From assembly GCA_965203055.1 (NCBI GenBank), contig OZ241863.1:3776001-3840000 (forward strand): 64,000 nucleotides of DNA, in the 5' to 3' direction. This stretch comes from Spirochaetia bacterium. Its GTDB lineage: Bacteria; Spirochaetota; Spirochaetia; SZUA-6; Bin103. Every line of letters starts with the position of its first letter. The first letter of the stretch is position 1. The notes beneath the pieces were generated by a model. That model searched no databases. It saw nothing but the letters and a program-made list of their open reading frames with translations, and had not been told where the DNA came from. Position numbers and translations under genes: made by a program. Positions 18,930 to 29,256 of this stretch are shown here, piece after piece.

Positions 18930-20405
18930 ATGTTCAACGAGGATAATGTCCCCGCTGGAGCGTTCGTCCGCATCAACGTCACGAAGAAGGCCAAGGCTGT
19001 GGTTGCGGTCCTTTCCCCGTATTCGAAGGTGGTCTATGTCACGCCGAATCCGAAGGATCAGACCAACAGGGCGCCCCATGAGGTTCCCTACAGCAAGGTT
19101 GCGCGGGTTTACAAGACCATCGACGCAGCCCGTGGGGATAAGATCAACCGGCGCGCGGATACTACGGTGTTCGAGCCGTCTGCGCGGTTGGCGTCTTTGG
19201 ACGAGGAAAAGTGGACCTCCCTGTATGGGGACGCCCTTTCGATCGCTGCGTACAATTTCGACACTGTACCTATCGGTGCCGTTGCCAGGATCCGTCTGTC
19301 ATCGACGCTTAACGTCGTCGTGCTTACCATCGTAGGCAAGGATGACGAGAAGGTATTCGTACATCCTCATCCAAAGAAGGATAAGGGTTCCTTAGCACTC
19401 TACGGAGCCAAGTACTCCAAGGTGCTCAAGCTGTACCGGACCTTGAAAGAAGCTTTGGCGGACCCCATCAACCAAGTTCCGTCCACAAAGATACTAGCTC
19501 CCCGTATGTCAGTTGCGGCTTTAGACGAAGCCGAATGGGAGGCAATTTACGGGGATACTTCCGAGGCGGAAGACATCATCGATCTCAGCCAGCTCTCCGA
19601 ACCCGCCCTTGACTTCGCCATTGATCTCCTGAGAGAACCCATCGACTCTCTTGATCTATCAATTCTAAACCAGCATCTTGTGCGCAGATGTTCTTTCAAA
19701 TCAAGATCAGACCGCGACTATTGGACGGTTTACAGACGAAAGATACAAAAGACTCTAAGTTGCGGAGCAATCTGTGGCTTCGACCTCCCACGATTCGTCG
19801 CCGACCGCTTGCTTAAATTACATCAAGTTTCGCTAATTGATCTATCCCATTACCTCGTCTTCAATGAAAGAAATGACCGCCTATCGACGATCATCAGAAG
19901 ATCCGACTATAGGAAAGTCTATACCGCATACATCAAATTTCTCAAAACACTTCGCAGATCGAGCCGCTACGGACGCCCATCTTCAAACAGGATCAAGTGG
20001 ATAGTGCCGACACCTCAAATGCAGCGGCAGCGTATCTACAGTTCTGATGATGACGTATGGTGTCATTGGATGCCGCTCGCTGTCGTTCAGCTTCTTCGCA
20101 GGTGGCAGCCACGTAGGATCAACTCACTACGCTTAGCCTTGTCCAGGCTTGCACAAGATATAGGAGGACAAAAGGTCTACTATCCTTGGTTTCCTACGTT
20201 CAATCTTGAAACGCGGTTCGTTCCGATACATGCGTTGTATCAATACGAACCATCAAGCCTCACACTCGGCGGCATAAAGGCACTACATAATTGCGGCCTG
20301 ACGTCGATAAACGACCTTCGGTGCCTCCATCCCCACGCTGTAGCCGCCGCGAAGGACCCAACCCAACCGCTTCTGCAGCTATATCGTGAGAATCATCCAA
20401 TCTGA
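18930..20405 (+). CDS. Hypothetical protein with two ~100-aa tandem repeats and alpha-CTD/HhH-like segments
   Basis: 491-aa ORF with GAGGAG RBS. Repeats share VP.GA..RI, YSKV...Y.T...A..D.IN and LDE..W...YGD. Also LLREPIDSLDLS and GIKALHNCGLTSINDL. Confidence 0.7.
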   Translation: MFNEDNVPAGAFVRINVTKKAKAVVAVLSPYSKVVYVTPNPKDQTNRAPHEVPYSKVARVYKTIDAARGDKINRRADTTVFEPSARLASLDEEKWTSLYGDALSIAAYNFDTVPIGAVARIRLSSTLNVVVLTIVGKDDEKVFVHPHPKKDKGSLALYGAKYSKVLKLYRTLKEALADPINQVPSTKILAPRMSVAALDEAEWEAIYGDTSEAEDIIDLSQLSEPALDFAIDLLREPIDSLDLSILNQHLVRRCSFKSRSDRDYWTVYRRKIQKTLSCGAICGFDLPRFVADRLLKLHQVSLIDLSHYLVFNERNDRLSTIIRRSDYRKVYTAYIKFLKTLRRSSRYGRPSSNRIKWIVPTPQMQRQRIYSSDDDVWCHWMPLAVVQLLRRWQPRRINSLRLALSRLAQDIGGQKVYYPWFPTFNLETRFVPIHALYQYEPSSLTLGGIKALHNCGLTSINDLRCLHPHAVAAAKDPTQPLLQLYRENHPI

Positions 20406-21763
20406 CGAGAAATTACCCTCCACCTTTCTTCCACTTCCTCGGGTCCGGGCAGCGGTATCAACATTGCCTGCCACTCGACTTTCAACTCCTCAAGGTTCGC
20501 GTAGTCATCTATCCCTACCTGGAACAAAAGGATCCTCTGGGCTACTTCCAATGCGCGTTTCCGATCCTCGCTACGCATTCTCCGCCTGCGCCCCCTAGCT
20601 AGTTCAGAATCTTCGACCAACAGGAGTCCTATCCAAGGAGGCATCCGCAGGTCCCATTCCACCTCCGCAAGCACCCTGATACAGGCGCGTACGTCTTGCT
20701 CAGTTGGTGAACTTGGATCAGGAAGACGCCGGTTCATCATGATTCTCGCTACGGAGGCAAATAATTCCTGCCCTATCGGCCAAAACAGAAGATGATCCGT
20801 ATGGCCATCCGGATGATCTAATTCTGCGTCGTGCTCACGCATCTTCGCAGGCTCGGAATTTAGCACATCAATCTCCGACAAGATAGCGCTCCAGTAAACC
20901 ATCAGCTCACTGAACATCCCGTCGAGCTCCTCTTCAGCCGGTCTGAATTGTCGGTAATCCCCCCTGCGCCTCCAAAGACGACCACGCTCCGGGGTATGTA
21001 ACAGCGTCTCATTCATGGCGTACAGTGTCTGAAGCGTGGTGAAATAGCTGTCACCAGAACGCAGGTTCTTACCCTTCGTCTTCAATTTAGGTGAAGTAGT
21101 CGGCGTACCCCTCCAAACAAAGAAGTCGTGCTCGATAATCAGACGTCGAGTTAGAATAGCGACAGCGTCGTCTTCATCCATAATAATGTTCGTATCTGCA
21201 TCCGTCGGCTTTGCGTATCGGTTGAGACTAGAGAAAATACGACGGTAGCTCTTCATAAACTCCGCTTCGTCAGTCTCTTCTCGGACGATCATTATCACCG
21301 ACACCTCTTCGTCTATAAAGCCCTCCGGAATTTCCGGCACATCCGCTTCGCCCTGCTCGATCAGCGTCTTAATGGCCTTCAGTCGATGCTGCCCGTCTAG
21401 TGCGAAATATCGTTGTCCCCCAATAAACGTAAGGACGCCAAACGAGTTGACCAAGTTTGCAGGTCTGAATAACTCAAATCGCGGATCATGGGCTATATCT
21501 ACAGGAATAAATTCCGGATTACCGCCGAGCGCAGCGACAACGATCGACGAAAAGAACCGATCATCCCGTCTTCCCAAATATTGGACGATCTCGTTCTTTA
21601 CGCGACTTTCATTCAGGGACCGTTGGATAGCGTCGTCCAACGTCTTGTTGCTATAGATCTCCGACGCGAAGCCTACTTCATTTACGATCTCCCTCATCGT
21701 CATCTTGACAACGTAGTATGTCCAGCTTCCCATACTTGCCTTCAGAGCCGGGTACAAATTCAT
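20393..21763 (-). CDS. DGQHR-domain protein, DndB family
   Basis: MGSWTYY, IQRSLNESR, FFSSIVVA, ALDGQHRLKAI and IFSSLNRYAKP. GGAGG RBS. Confidence 0.9.
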   Translation of the reverse strand: MNLYPALKASMGSWTYYVVKMTMREIVNEVGFASEIYSNKTLDDAIQRSLNESRVKNEIVQYLGRRDDRFFSSIVVAALGGNPEFIPVDIAHDPRFELFRPANLVNSFGVLTFIGGQRYFALDGQHRLKAIKTLIEQGEADVPEIPEGFIDEEVSVIMIVREETDEAEFMKSYRRIFSSLNRYAKPTDADTNIIMDEDDAVAILTRRLIIEHDFFVWRGTPTTSPKLKTKGKNLRSGDSYFTTLQTLYAMNETLLHTPERGRLWRRRGDYRQFRPAEEELDGMFSELMVYWSAILSEIDVLNSEPAKMREHDAELDHPDGHTDHLLFWPIGQELFASVARIMMNRRLPDPSSPTEQDVRACIRVLAEVEWDLRMPPWIGLLLVEDSELARGRRRRMRSEDRKRALEVAQRILLFQVGIDDYANLEELKVEWQAMLIPLPGPEEVEERWRVISRQIG

Positions 21764-21789
21764 CTGATCCTCCTATATCTATTTATTGC

Positions 21790-22380
21790 CTAACGGTCGT
21801 GTACGCCTATGGCCACCGGATCACCTATCGCGCCAGAGATCGATCCAGGCTGGTCGTTGGCGATCGGCCCGAAGCAGCGAATCAAGATTGCCTCATCGGC
21901 ACCAAGCCGTTCGGCCCCGCGACGGTGATACCAGAACTGCATAGATGCACCAAAACAACGCCGAGCTGCCTCTAATTTCACTGATGGGCTCCTGCAATGC
22001 TCCAGAAAACGCCGCCTCAGATTGCCGGTTTTACCGATATAGATCGGCGTCAACAGAATCGAAAACAGATCATTGTCGCGGTATTCTGACAGCCTCCTGC
22101 GACCTACCGGCGATGTGCAAACGAAGTATAGCCCGGACTGTCTGGCGGGCACAAGCACAGCTTCGTTCTCCACAAATCCGACCGAATTCCAAGCGTTACT
22201 GTCGCGCAGATCAGCCGGAACCTGCGCCCATAGCTCAGCGTCATACTGCCAGCCGTAGCTTAGCACGGCGACACCGTGAGCAACGACCACGAACCCCCAG
22301 CCGACCGGACGCTCAGCCAGTGTGCCGTCTGCCTCATACACCTCATCGTATCTCCCATCCACCAACCCAATATATCTCAT
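21790..22380 (-). CDS. GIY-YIG family nuclease
   Basis: SGLYFV...PIYIGKTGNLRRRFLEH...EAILI...N. Start codon uncertain. Confidence 0.8.
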   Translation of the reverse strand: MRYIGLVDGRYDEVYEADGTLAERPVGWGFVVVAHGVAVLSYGWQYDAELWAQVPADLRDSNAWNSVGFVENEAVLVPARQSGLYFVCTSPVGRRRLSEYRDNDLFSILLTPIYIGKTGNLRRRFLEHCRSPSVKLEAARRCFGASMQFWYHRRGAERLGADEAILIRCFGPIANDQPGSISGAIGDPVAIGVHDR

Positions 22381-22405
22381 TCAACAATCGTCAGGAAATC
22401 ACGCG

Positions 22406-24142
22406 TCACAGGCTGTCGAGAACCCGTGCTCCATCGGTAAGCGACGCAACGATCTTACGAAATAGCTCCGACTTTGACGCAAGGAGGTCATCGATCTTTG
22501 ACTCGACTGTTCCTTGAGACCTCAAGCGATAGACATAGACCGCCCGCTTCTGACCAATACGGTTAACTCGATCTCGAGCTTGGGCGTTGACAGCAGGGTT
22601 CCACCATTCGTTCAAGAATACAACATGGTTTGCTGCAGTGAGCGTAAGCCCCTCGGCGGTTGCTCGGATAGAACACAGCAGTACAAACGGATCTGACGAT
22701 GATTGGAACGCCTTCACGATACTCGATCTTGCCGCGGAATCAGTCTGGCCAGTAATCATGGCAACCGAGCTATTCCCATACCGATTGGTGACTTTCCGAC
22801 GGACTATACGCAGAGGCTCTAGTCTCCACGAGAATACTACAACTTTCTCTCCGAGTTCTCGTATTGCTTCAGTGATTACTACTGCTCGGTCTACTTTTGA
22901 GCTTTTCTTGGTCACCGGATCGAAGTCGCATATGCTGCGTAGCTTGTTGAATAAACTGATCCATAAATCGACGGTCGTGATCGATCCACTATTTGCGCGT
23001 ACTCTATCATATTCACGCCTCTGTTCGACCGATAATGGAATCATCTCTGTTCGTTCTAGGACAGTCGGAAGTTCCTCCGAAATCACCGTCCGCGGCCGCC
23101 GCAAAACATAGCCTGCCGCAAGTGTCCTAAGCGATGCCGGAGACAGATAACGGTCGCGTAGTGACACTCTTTTTCGATCGAGTAAGTGAAGGATAGCGGT
23201 CAAGTCGCCTGCATGGTTCTCCAAAGGCGTGCCAGACAGACCCCATGCAAATCGAGGATACAACTGAAGTGATGAAGAATAGTTTAGCGAATATGGATTC
23301 TTGAGCTTGTGTATTTCATCGAAAATTACAAGATCGAAAGACCGAGGATCAATTCGGTTTCCGCGAATAGCCTCGTAATTCGTAATTGCTACGTGGCACT
23401 GCGCCTTTATCAGACTCCACGCTTTAGGCTCCACGCTAGAGTATAACACCACCGCACACAACTGTGGTGCCCATAATTTGATCTCCGCTTCCCAGACACC
23501 AAGCAGTGACTTTGGGCAAAGGACGAGAGCGCTGTTGATCTTTCCAGACCTCTTCATTTCTTCCAATGCGGCAATCGCCTGCAATGTTTTTCCTAGCCCC
23601 ATGTCATCAGCGAGTATAGCCGCTGACCGGCCGCTAAGCCACTTAACGCCATATCCTTGGTGTCTTTTGAACGGAATATTGTCGGGACGCTTCATGAATC
23701 GCCAACGCCATAGCTCACCGAGGTTGAAGTATCGACGGCGCTCTGCCCGCCGGGTGACTCGGATAACGGGTGGATCTGTTTGTGGAGATAGCAATGTCAC
23801 TGATTCTCCGGTGTCAATGCGTTGTACGAGATCTGGTCGGCTGCCCTCAATATACTCGATAAGGTCCAGTATATCAGATACAAGACACTCGAACGTATCA
23901 TCCGAAAAGGCTATTGATTCAGCGGGCGCAGACGTGGTAGATGTGGCGGACGATAACCGAATTGTTAGGCCAAGTGAGGTTCGCTCAAGCAGGTAGCGGA
24001 TGGTTGGGCGCTCAGATGCTTGGCGTATACCGCTATCTTGTTGGACGTGAACCATCGGTGTCGCATGTAAACTATTGGTTCTGTGGACGCTGGATATTAA
24101 AGGTGTGGGACCCTTTCGACCTCTGTCTGTTAAAGATGACAT
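22406..24142 (-). CDS. SNF2-family (SF2) helicase/translocase
   Basis: HQGYGVKWL, ILADDMGLGKTLQAI, DEIHKLKN, LSGTPLEN, EGLTLTAANHVVF and WWNPAVNAQARDRVNRIGQ. Start codon uncertain. Confidence 0.92.
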   Translation of the reverse strand: MSSLTDRGRKGPTPLISSVHRTNSLHATPMVHVQQDSGIRQASERPTIRYLLERTSLGLTIRLSSATSTTSAPAESIAFSDDTFECLVSDILDLIEYIEGSRPDLVQRIDTGESVTLLSPQTDPPVIRVTRRAERRRYFNLGELWRWRFMKRPDNIPFKRHQGYGVKWLSGRSAAILADDMGLGKTLQAIAALEEMKRSGKINSALVLCPKSLLGVWEAEIKLWAPQLCAVVLYSSVEPKAWSLIKAQCHVAITNYEAIRGNRIDPRSFDLVIFDEIHKLKNPYSLNYSSSLQLYPRFAWGLSGTPLENHAGDLTAILHLLDRKRVSLRDRYLSPASLRTLAAGYVLRRPRTVISEELPTVLERTEMIPLSVEQRREYDRVRANSGSITTVDLWISLFNKLRSICDFDPVTKKSSKVDRAVVITEAIRELGEKVVVFSWRLEPLRIVRRKVTNRYGNSSVAMITGQTDSAARSSIVKAFQSSSDPFVLLCSIRATAEGLTLTAANHVVFLNEWWNPAVNAQARDRVNRIGQKRAVYVYRLRSQGTVESKIDDLLASKSELFRKIVASLTDGARVLDSL

Positions 24143-24942
24143 ATGGCGCAACCCTCTGCCGCTTCGATAGACTGGAGAGGGAATTCTTCCAGCAGGGTCT
24201 CGACGTCGTCCAATGAGCGTCCTTGCACCCATGTATAACGCTTGGTCCCGTTGGGGCGCTCATACGACTTCGCACTCGTGAATAGAGTTGGGTGCTCGTG
24301 GCGCAGGCGCTGCCACTCGCCGATCTGCTGGTAGAAGCAGAAGTAGCAACCGGAGCGGGAACGCCAGCGGTAGTAGTCGGGCAGGCCGATGCCGGACGTT
24401 TCCAGGATTTCCTTGACTGTCCCAAGGTCGATGCCATCGTCCTTGAATGGGTACACAGGAACAATGTTGGGACGGTCGGAGAACACTGGTGGCTTCTTAG
24501 GGGTGTAACCCTGCCGGTCTTCGTCGGCCCGGATGCCGATGTAGCTGAAGGCGGTGTCGGAACCGACGTAGCGCTCGAATGGTTCGATCTTCAACTTGCG
24601 CGTGCACCAGCGAGCCTGCGGGCTCGGCAGGAAGCCAGAGTACATCTCGTTAAGCACGAAGTCAAACGCCTTTCGCGTCGGCTTGCGAGTGACGTTCATG
24701 TAGTCGAGCGCGTTGATCCGATGAATCGGCTTGCCGAGCAGCGCTTCCAGCCTGTCCAGGTAGTCGTAGGTCTCGGGCAGCTCCGCGTCAGTGTCGCAGA
24801 ATACGTATTCGCTCGGTAGCTGCGGGTAGGTCTGCGTCAGGTAGATCGCCAACGCGGCCGAGTCCTTGCCGCCGGACACCGGGACGACGTGGCGGATAGA
24901 TGGATCAGCAAGCGCTTCAAGCGCTTCGTGCAGGTTAGCCAT
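24130..24942 (-). CDS. sspD: PAPS-reductase-family protein, SspD-like (DNA phosphorothioation)
   Basis: PP-loop VSGGKDS, RWCTRKLKI, GIRADE, SRSGCYFCFYQ and C-terminal GCAICHL. Follows the DUF4007 and ATPase genes. Confidence 0.85.
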   Translation of the reverse strand: MANLHEALEALADPSIRHVVPVSGGKDSAALAIYLTQTYPQLPSEYVFCDTDAELPETYDYLDRLEALLGKPIHRINALDYMNVTRKPTRKAFDFVLNEMYSGFLPSPQARWCTRKLKIEPFERYVGSDTAFSYIGIRADEDRQGYTPKKPPVFSDRPNIVPVYPFKDDGIDLGTVKEILETSGIGLPDYYRWRSRSGCYFCFYQQIGEWQRLRHEHPTLFTSAKSYERPNGTKRYTWVQGRSLDDVETLLEEFPLQSIEAAEGCAICHL

Positions 24943-27900
24943 CGGAGCTGACCTCCTCGGTGATGTGCTCTAGTGCATCCTCGACAATGGTGCGCGTCCG
25001 GTCCGGGCCGGCAACGGTGGCGATTGCGCGCAACGACGCCTGCAGCCTGGAGGTGGCGATGTCCACGACGGCCTGGCTGCGAACGCCGTCGGCAGTCGTC
25101 GAAAGGCTGAGCACGGCATCCTCCACTCGGCGTATCACGGCGCCGAGCTCTCGCTCAAACACCACGATGGAACTATCCTCCCACCGATCGATGCGCTTAC
25201 CGACGAGCAACGCGGCCAGGGCGTCGGCCATTGCCCGATCGGTATCGTAGCTCATGCCCGTCCGCGTTATCAAGGCGCGTGCAATGCCATCCTTGACCTC
25301 CTTCGCCACGCTGCCCGGAAAGAACTCGGCCCATGCGCCCACGACCTGACGAAGCGTTGCGGCCTGCCTGTTCTGCGCTAGAAATGCCGAGCGGATGGCG
25401 CGTTCGGCTGCTTCGTAGTTCCAGTGCACGACGCCCTCCATCTCTGTCTTGCAGTCGCTCAGCGCGTGCAGCAGATCATCAATGCTCGACCCGTTCGGAT
25501 CAAGTGCGTCGGGCAAAGCATTGAACAGCAACCGATACGGATCGATAGCCGTGGCGGACATGAGTCGGCCGAACGCCCGCCCTCGGGGCGAAAGATACCG
25601 CGACGTAAGCGCGCTGTGCGGGAGGGTGCTGCGCCACCGCATCAGTGCATCATGGCAGCGTCGCACCGGGTCAGCCTCCACCGCGCCATCTTCCGTGAAA
25701 CCGAACAGCGCGGCAACCCGGTCAAGGAATGCCTTCTGATCAAAGGTCAGTTCAGGGACCAGCACCTGGTACTCGGCCGGGTGGGCGGCCATCGCTTCGA
25801 TAGTCGAGGGAAGCAGGTCATTGACGTATTCCCCATTGATCCGGGTGATGCTGATCGGACCGGGAAACGCCCGCAACGCCGCCGCAAGCAGAATCGGGAC
25901 AATCCCTTCCCGTACACCGTACGGAGCTGCGCTGAGCAGAGAAGTCAGATCCCCCAATGGCTTGGGGCGTCCCCCAGGGACGGTCAGGAAGTCCCGCAGG
26001 TGCTTCCAGACATCACGCAACCCAGGATCCGCCAACTCCTCGGGCGCGGCATAACGCCATACCGAGCCGCCGTCTTCCCGTCCACCGTCGGTTCGATACA
26101 GACCGGTCATGAGCAGCACCGTCCGGAACATCGACATGTCGGGCCGATACCCTTCCAACCCCAGGTTCTCAGTACCCGAACTCTCGAGAATACCCAGAAC
26201 CAGCTTCTTGCGCGCGTTGACGACAACCGGGCGAGGCCGACGCCGCACGATCATCTCATTCTTGATGCGCGGCGTACGCGGGTATAGTGTCCGCATGATC
26301 GTCGAGAGTAGCTGCCGCAACTCCTTGGCCGACGCGATCTCATGGAACCGATTACCCCATAGATACTCCGGTCCTTCGGCGGAAGGCTGAGACATCCGGG
26401 CGACTTGTTGGCTGAGATACCCCTGCGAGTCGTCGATCATCTGCGCAAGCTCCGACTCGACGAGCGGGTCCTCGGCTAGCAGGCCGGTGTCCTGCCGCAA
26501 CAGTTGCAGCGCGCGCACTTCAAGCGCGTTCTCGGCGATCGGAGCGACATACCGTGGCAGCGCGACGATTACGCCGGTCTCCGGCGTCTCCGCAACGAGG
26601 CGCTTTCGAACTTCCTCCGTCTCGTCGTACGAATCGGGAATGACCACGTACAGCGTGCCGTCTGGCGCTGACGGCGGGAGCGCTTCCGCCACGCTAGCCG
26701 CAGTAATGACGGCCCCGGCGGCGACATAGCAAGTATCGAAGGATCGTTCGATACCGTACTTGACGTTGTAGTCAATCGGCTTCCACGGTGCCAGAGGCGC
26801 TTCTGAGGTCAGAAACGAGACGTGATCGAATCGTGGCCGCAACCGATCCTTCTCCTGATCGAGCCGCCCGCGAAGATCAAGATCGGTACCGTGCCAGACG
26901 GATACGCTGTCTGCGTTGCGTCGATAGAGCAGCAGCTTGGCGTCGATCAAGCGTATCACGCTGTTGCTCGCCGTCCCGTCCTTCCGGTACCCGGACACTG
27001 CGTACTCAAGCAGCCGCCGGCTGACGCGCGAACGCTCCCCGATCAAGCCAAGTCCGAGCAGGCAGGCGCACTTGAGTGCCTTCTCGTCGATGCCGCCTAC
27101 ATTGTGCAGTGCCGCCTCGGTCTCCAGCCACGTGTGATAGCTGCCGCCCGGCAGGGTGTCCGCGCGCATCGCGTCGGAGAAGTAGTCGTACAGGCTGTCC
27201 GGCGAAACGGGAGCGGCCGCATCAAGCGAGTTGAGGTAGGTGAACAGGGTCCGTTCGTTCTGGGCCACTCGGGCGGAGACTCGCGGCAGCAGATACAGGG
27301 TCAGTGGCTCCAGCGGATAGGAGTCGGCCAACGTCCGCTCCATCTCTTGTTTCGAGAAATCGCTGAAAAGGCCCACTTCACGGCATCTCCGTACGCTGCG
27401 GTCCACCAAGTCCGACGAGGGAGCGTTCGAGGACCTGATTTGGCGCACGATTCGGCTGACCAACTGGTACAGCTCCTTGCTGTCGTCGACGAACTGGACC
27501 GTCTCGAACCGTCCCTCGATCTTCTTCCACTCCCGCTGTACCGTCACCGAGGTGTTGGCGGCGTAGCGTACCAGTCCCTGATGGAGCAGTAGCGCAAAGG
27601 TCGTCGCCGCCCGCTTGGTGCGCGCGCAGAATTCCGCGAGCGTCTGTACGTCGGACAAGTCCGCCGCCGTTCCGCGGAGGATTAGCTCCTCGAGATGGCG
27701 GCCGAATTCATCCCAGACGATCGCCAAGCGGTCAATCGGCTCCGGGCAGTAGCGATCGCGTACCGCACTGAGCAACGCGATGACGTCGTCCATCGAATCA
27801 GCGCGCCGGCGAGACACCAGTGCCGCCGCGTTCCTGTTGCCCGTCCGCCGAAGCGACGTGATGAGAGACTCCTTGATGGCGGTCGGGAGATGTCGCTGGA

Positions 27901-28339
27901 AGCCGGATAGGGCGACGGTGGCACCATGTCTACCGAACAGGGGCATCTGCTCGCTGCCGATACGCGACCTCAGTTCGTTTGCAAGTTCGCCGTCGACTCC
28001 GGCGAACCGTTCGGTGACCCGCTCCAACACCACGTCCGCCGGGCGCAGATTCTCGACGACCTGAATGAAGAACGCCGCGGTGAGAGACTTGCCGGTTCCG
28101 TACGGCGCTACTACGAAGTAGCTTGAAGACCCATCAGGCTGCAGCAGCCACGACCGCAACAGCCGGGCGCTCTTCGCCGTGGGATGAAAGTGAGCGATAC
28201 GCTGCGGTGCGGCGCCGTCGAGCGTAATGTTGATGGAGCGCAGGCGCATCGCCGTTTCCAGCATGGATTCATCCGCGGCGGGAACAGCGGTGCCGTTCTT
28301 CCGTATCTTGGTCAAACTCCTGGTGCTCATCTCAGGCAT
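24935..28339 (-). CDS. sspC: Large P-loop ATPase, SspC-like
   Basis: Walker A APYGTGKS, Walker B IVWDEFGRHLE, EWKKIEGRF, YPLEP and AQNERTLFTYL. Overlaps both neighbours. Confidence 0.8.
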   Translation of the reverse strand: MPEMSTRSLTKIRKNGTAVPAADESMLETAMRLRSINITLDGAAPQRIAHFHPTAKSARLLRSWLLQPDGSSSYFVVAPYGTGKSLTAAFFIQVVENLRPADVVLERVTERFAGVDGELANELRSRIGSEQMPLFGRHGATVALSGFQRHLPTAIKESLITSLRRTGNRNAAALVSRRRADSMDDVIALLSAVRDRYCPEPIDRLAIVWDEFGRHLEELILRGTAADLSDVQTLAEFCARTKRAATTFALLLHQGLVRYAANTSVTVQREWKKIEGRFETVQFVDDSKELYQLVSRIVRQIRSSNAPSSDLVDRSVRRCREVGLFSDFSKQEMERTLADSYPLEPLTLYLLPRVSARVAQNERTLFTYLNSLDAAAPVSPDSLYDYFSDAMRADTLPGGSYHTWLETEAALHNVGGIDEKALKCACLLGLGLIGERSRVSRRLLEYAVSGYRKDGTASNSVIRLIDAKLLLYRRNADSVSVWHGTDLDLRGRLDQEKDRLRPRFDHVSFLTSEAPLAPWKPIDYNVKYGIERSFDTCYVAAGAVITAASVAEALPPSAPDGTLYVVIPDSYDETEEVRKRLVAETPETGVIVALPRYVAPIAENALEVRALQLLRQDTGLLAEDPLVESELAQMIDDSQGYLSQQVARMSQPSAEGPEYLWGNRFHEIASAKELRQLLSTIMRTLYPRTPRIKNEMIVRRRPRPVVVNARKKLVLGILESSGTENLGLEGYRPDMSMFRTVLLMTGLYRTDGGREDGGSVWRYAAPEELADPGLRDVWKHLRDFLTVPGGRPKPLGDLTSLLSAAPYGVREGIVPILLAAALRAFPGPISITRINGEYVNDLLPSTIEAMAAHPAEYQVLVPELTFDQKAFLDRVAALFGFTEDGAVEADPVRRCHDALMRWRSTLPHSALTSRYLSPRGRAFGRLMSATAIDPYRLLFNALPDALDPNGSSIDDLLHALSDCKTEMEGVVHWNYEAAERAIRSAFLAQNRQAATLRQVVGAWAEFFPGSVAKEVKDGIARALITRTGMSYDTDRAMADALAALLVGKRIDRWEDSSIVVFERELGAVIRRVEDAVLSLSTTADGVRSQAVVDIATSRLQASLRAIATVAGPDRTRTIVEDALEHITEEVSSDG

Positions 28340-29255
28340 GCACCAACTCCCTGGCAACGACGTCGAAGTGCCGCGCCAGCAGCCTCGGGGCCGGCGTACG
28401 GTCGAAGCGAAGCTGTCGGTCGCCGGCAAGGCCGCTCATGGCAAGTGGCGCGTCGGCGCCGTTCGCTTCCAAGTCCACCAGATGTTCAAAGAGCGCGTCG
28501 GACGACAGCGCCAGTACCTGTGCCGGGCCACTCTCCATCCGCTGCAGGTCGTGCAGCGTCACGTCGACGGTGCCGGCGCTCTCACCCATCATCAGGTCCG
28601 GAGTCTGCAAGGCGTACAACAATACCTGCGAAGGTATGGACTTGCGACGACGGTTCAGTTCGTAGTAGCCGGATGCGCGGAAGTGACGGATGATCCTCAG
28701 CTCCTGAAACGGACAGTCGATTTCCTCCTCCGGGTCCTTACGCCGGTAGGGCACTTCGACCGCATAGCTTCCCAGGAAGCAGCTCACGTCGCGCTCCAAC
28801 GTCTTACGCGTGGCCGAGCGCCGCGAGCTCACGCGATCATGCTGTTCGAGCTGGGCCACTACCGTGGCTCGTTCGAATCGGCTTGATGCATAGTGGTTGA
28901 AGAACCAGTGCCACGTTGCCGCGTGAGCCGGGGTGCGCACCAATTTGATATGCAGGAACCACCACGTGCCGGGATCGAGAAACCATGGATCGTGGCGCGC
29001 GACCACCTCGCCAAGCTCAGAGACCGCCAAACGGGGTTGCCCGTCGCGACGGCCGCGGCCTCGGCGCTCGATCTTTTCTGCCAAGCCGGTGGCCAGCAGC
29101 CAGTGCTCGATGGACTTCGCCATGTTTCGGCCCACTCCGAGAATGTCCGCGACGTAGGGGTTGTCGAACTTGCTCGGATCCTCCCGGAGCAGCGCGAGCC
29201 CCTTTGCCAGCCAGCCCTCGCGGATGAAGAAGGTCTGATGTCCGCCAAACCGCAT
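28332..29255 (-). CDS. sspB: DUF4007 family protein, SspB-like
   Basis: MRFGGHQTFFIREGWLAKG, LGVGRNMAKSIEHWL, DPWFLDPGTWWFLH and CPFQELRII. Confidence 0.88.
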   Translation of the reverse strand: MRFGGHQTFFIREGWLAKGLALLREDPSKFDNPYVADILGVGRNMAKSIEHWLLATGLAEKIERRGRGRRDGQPRLAVSELGEVVARHDPWFLDPGTWWFLHIKLVRTPAHAATWHWFFNHYASSRFERATVVAQLEQHDRVSSRRSATRKTLERDVSCFLGSYAVEVPYRRKDPEEEIDCPFQELRIIRHFRASGYYELNRRRKSIPSQVLLYALQTPDLMMGESAGTVDVTLHDLQRMESGPAQVLALSSDALFEHLVDLEANGADAPLAMSGLAGDRQLRFDRTPAPRLLARHFDVVARELVHA

Positions 29256-29256
29256 G

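Noticed and set aside
24130..29255. BREX type 4 or dndCDE interpretation
   Set aside because: No pglZ, brxL, dndD or dndE recognisable; separate DUF4007, ATPase, PAPS-reductase and desulfurase genes match sspABCD order.
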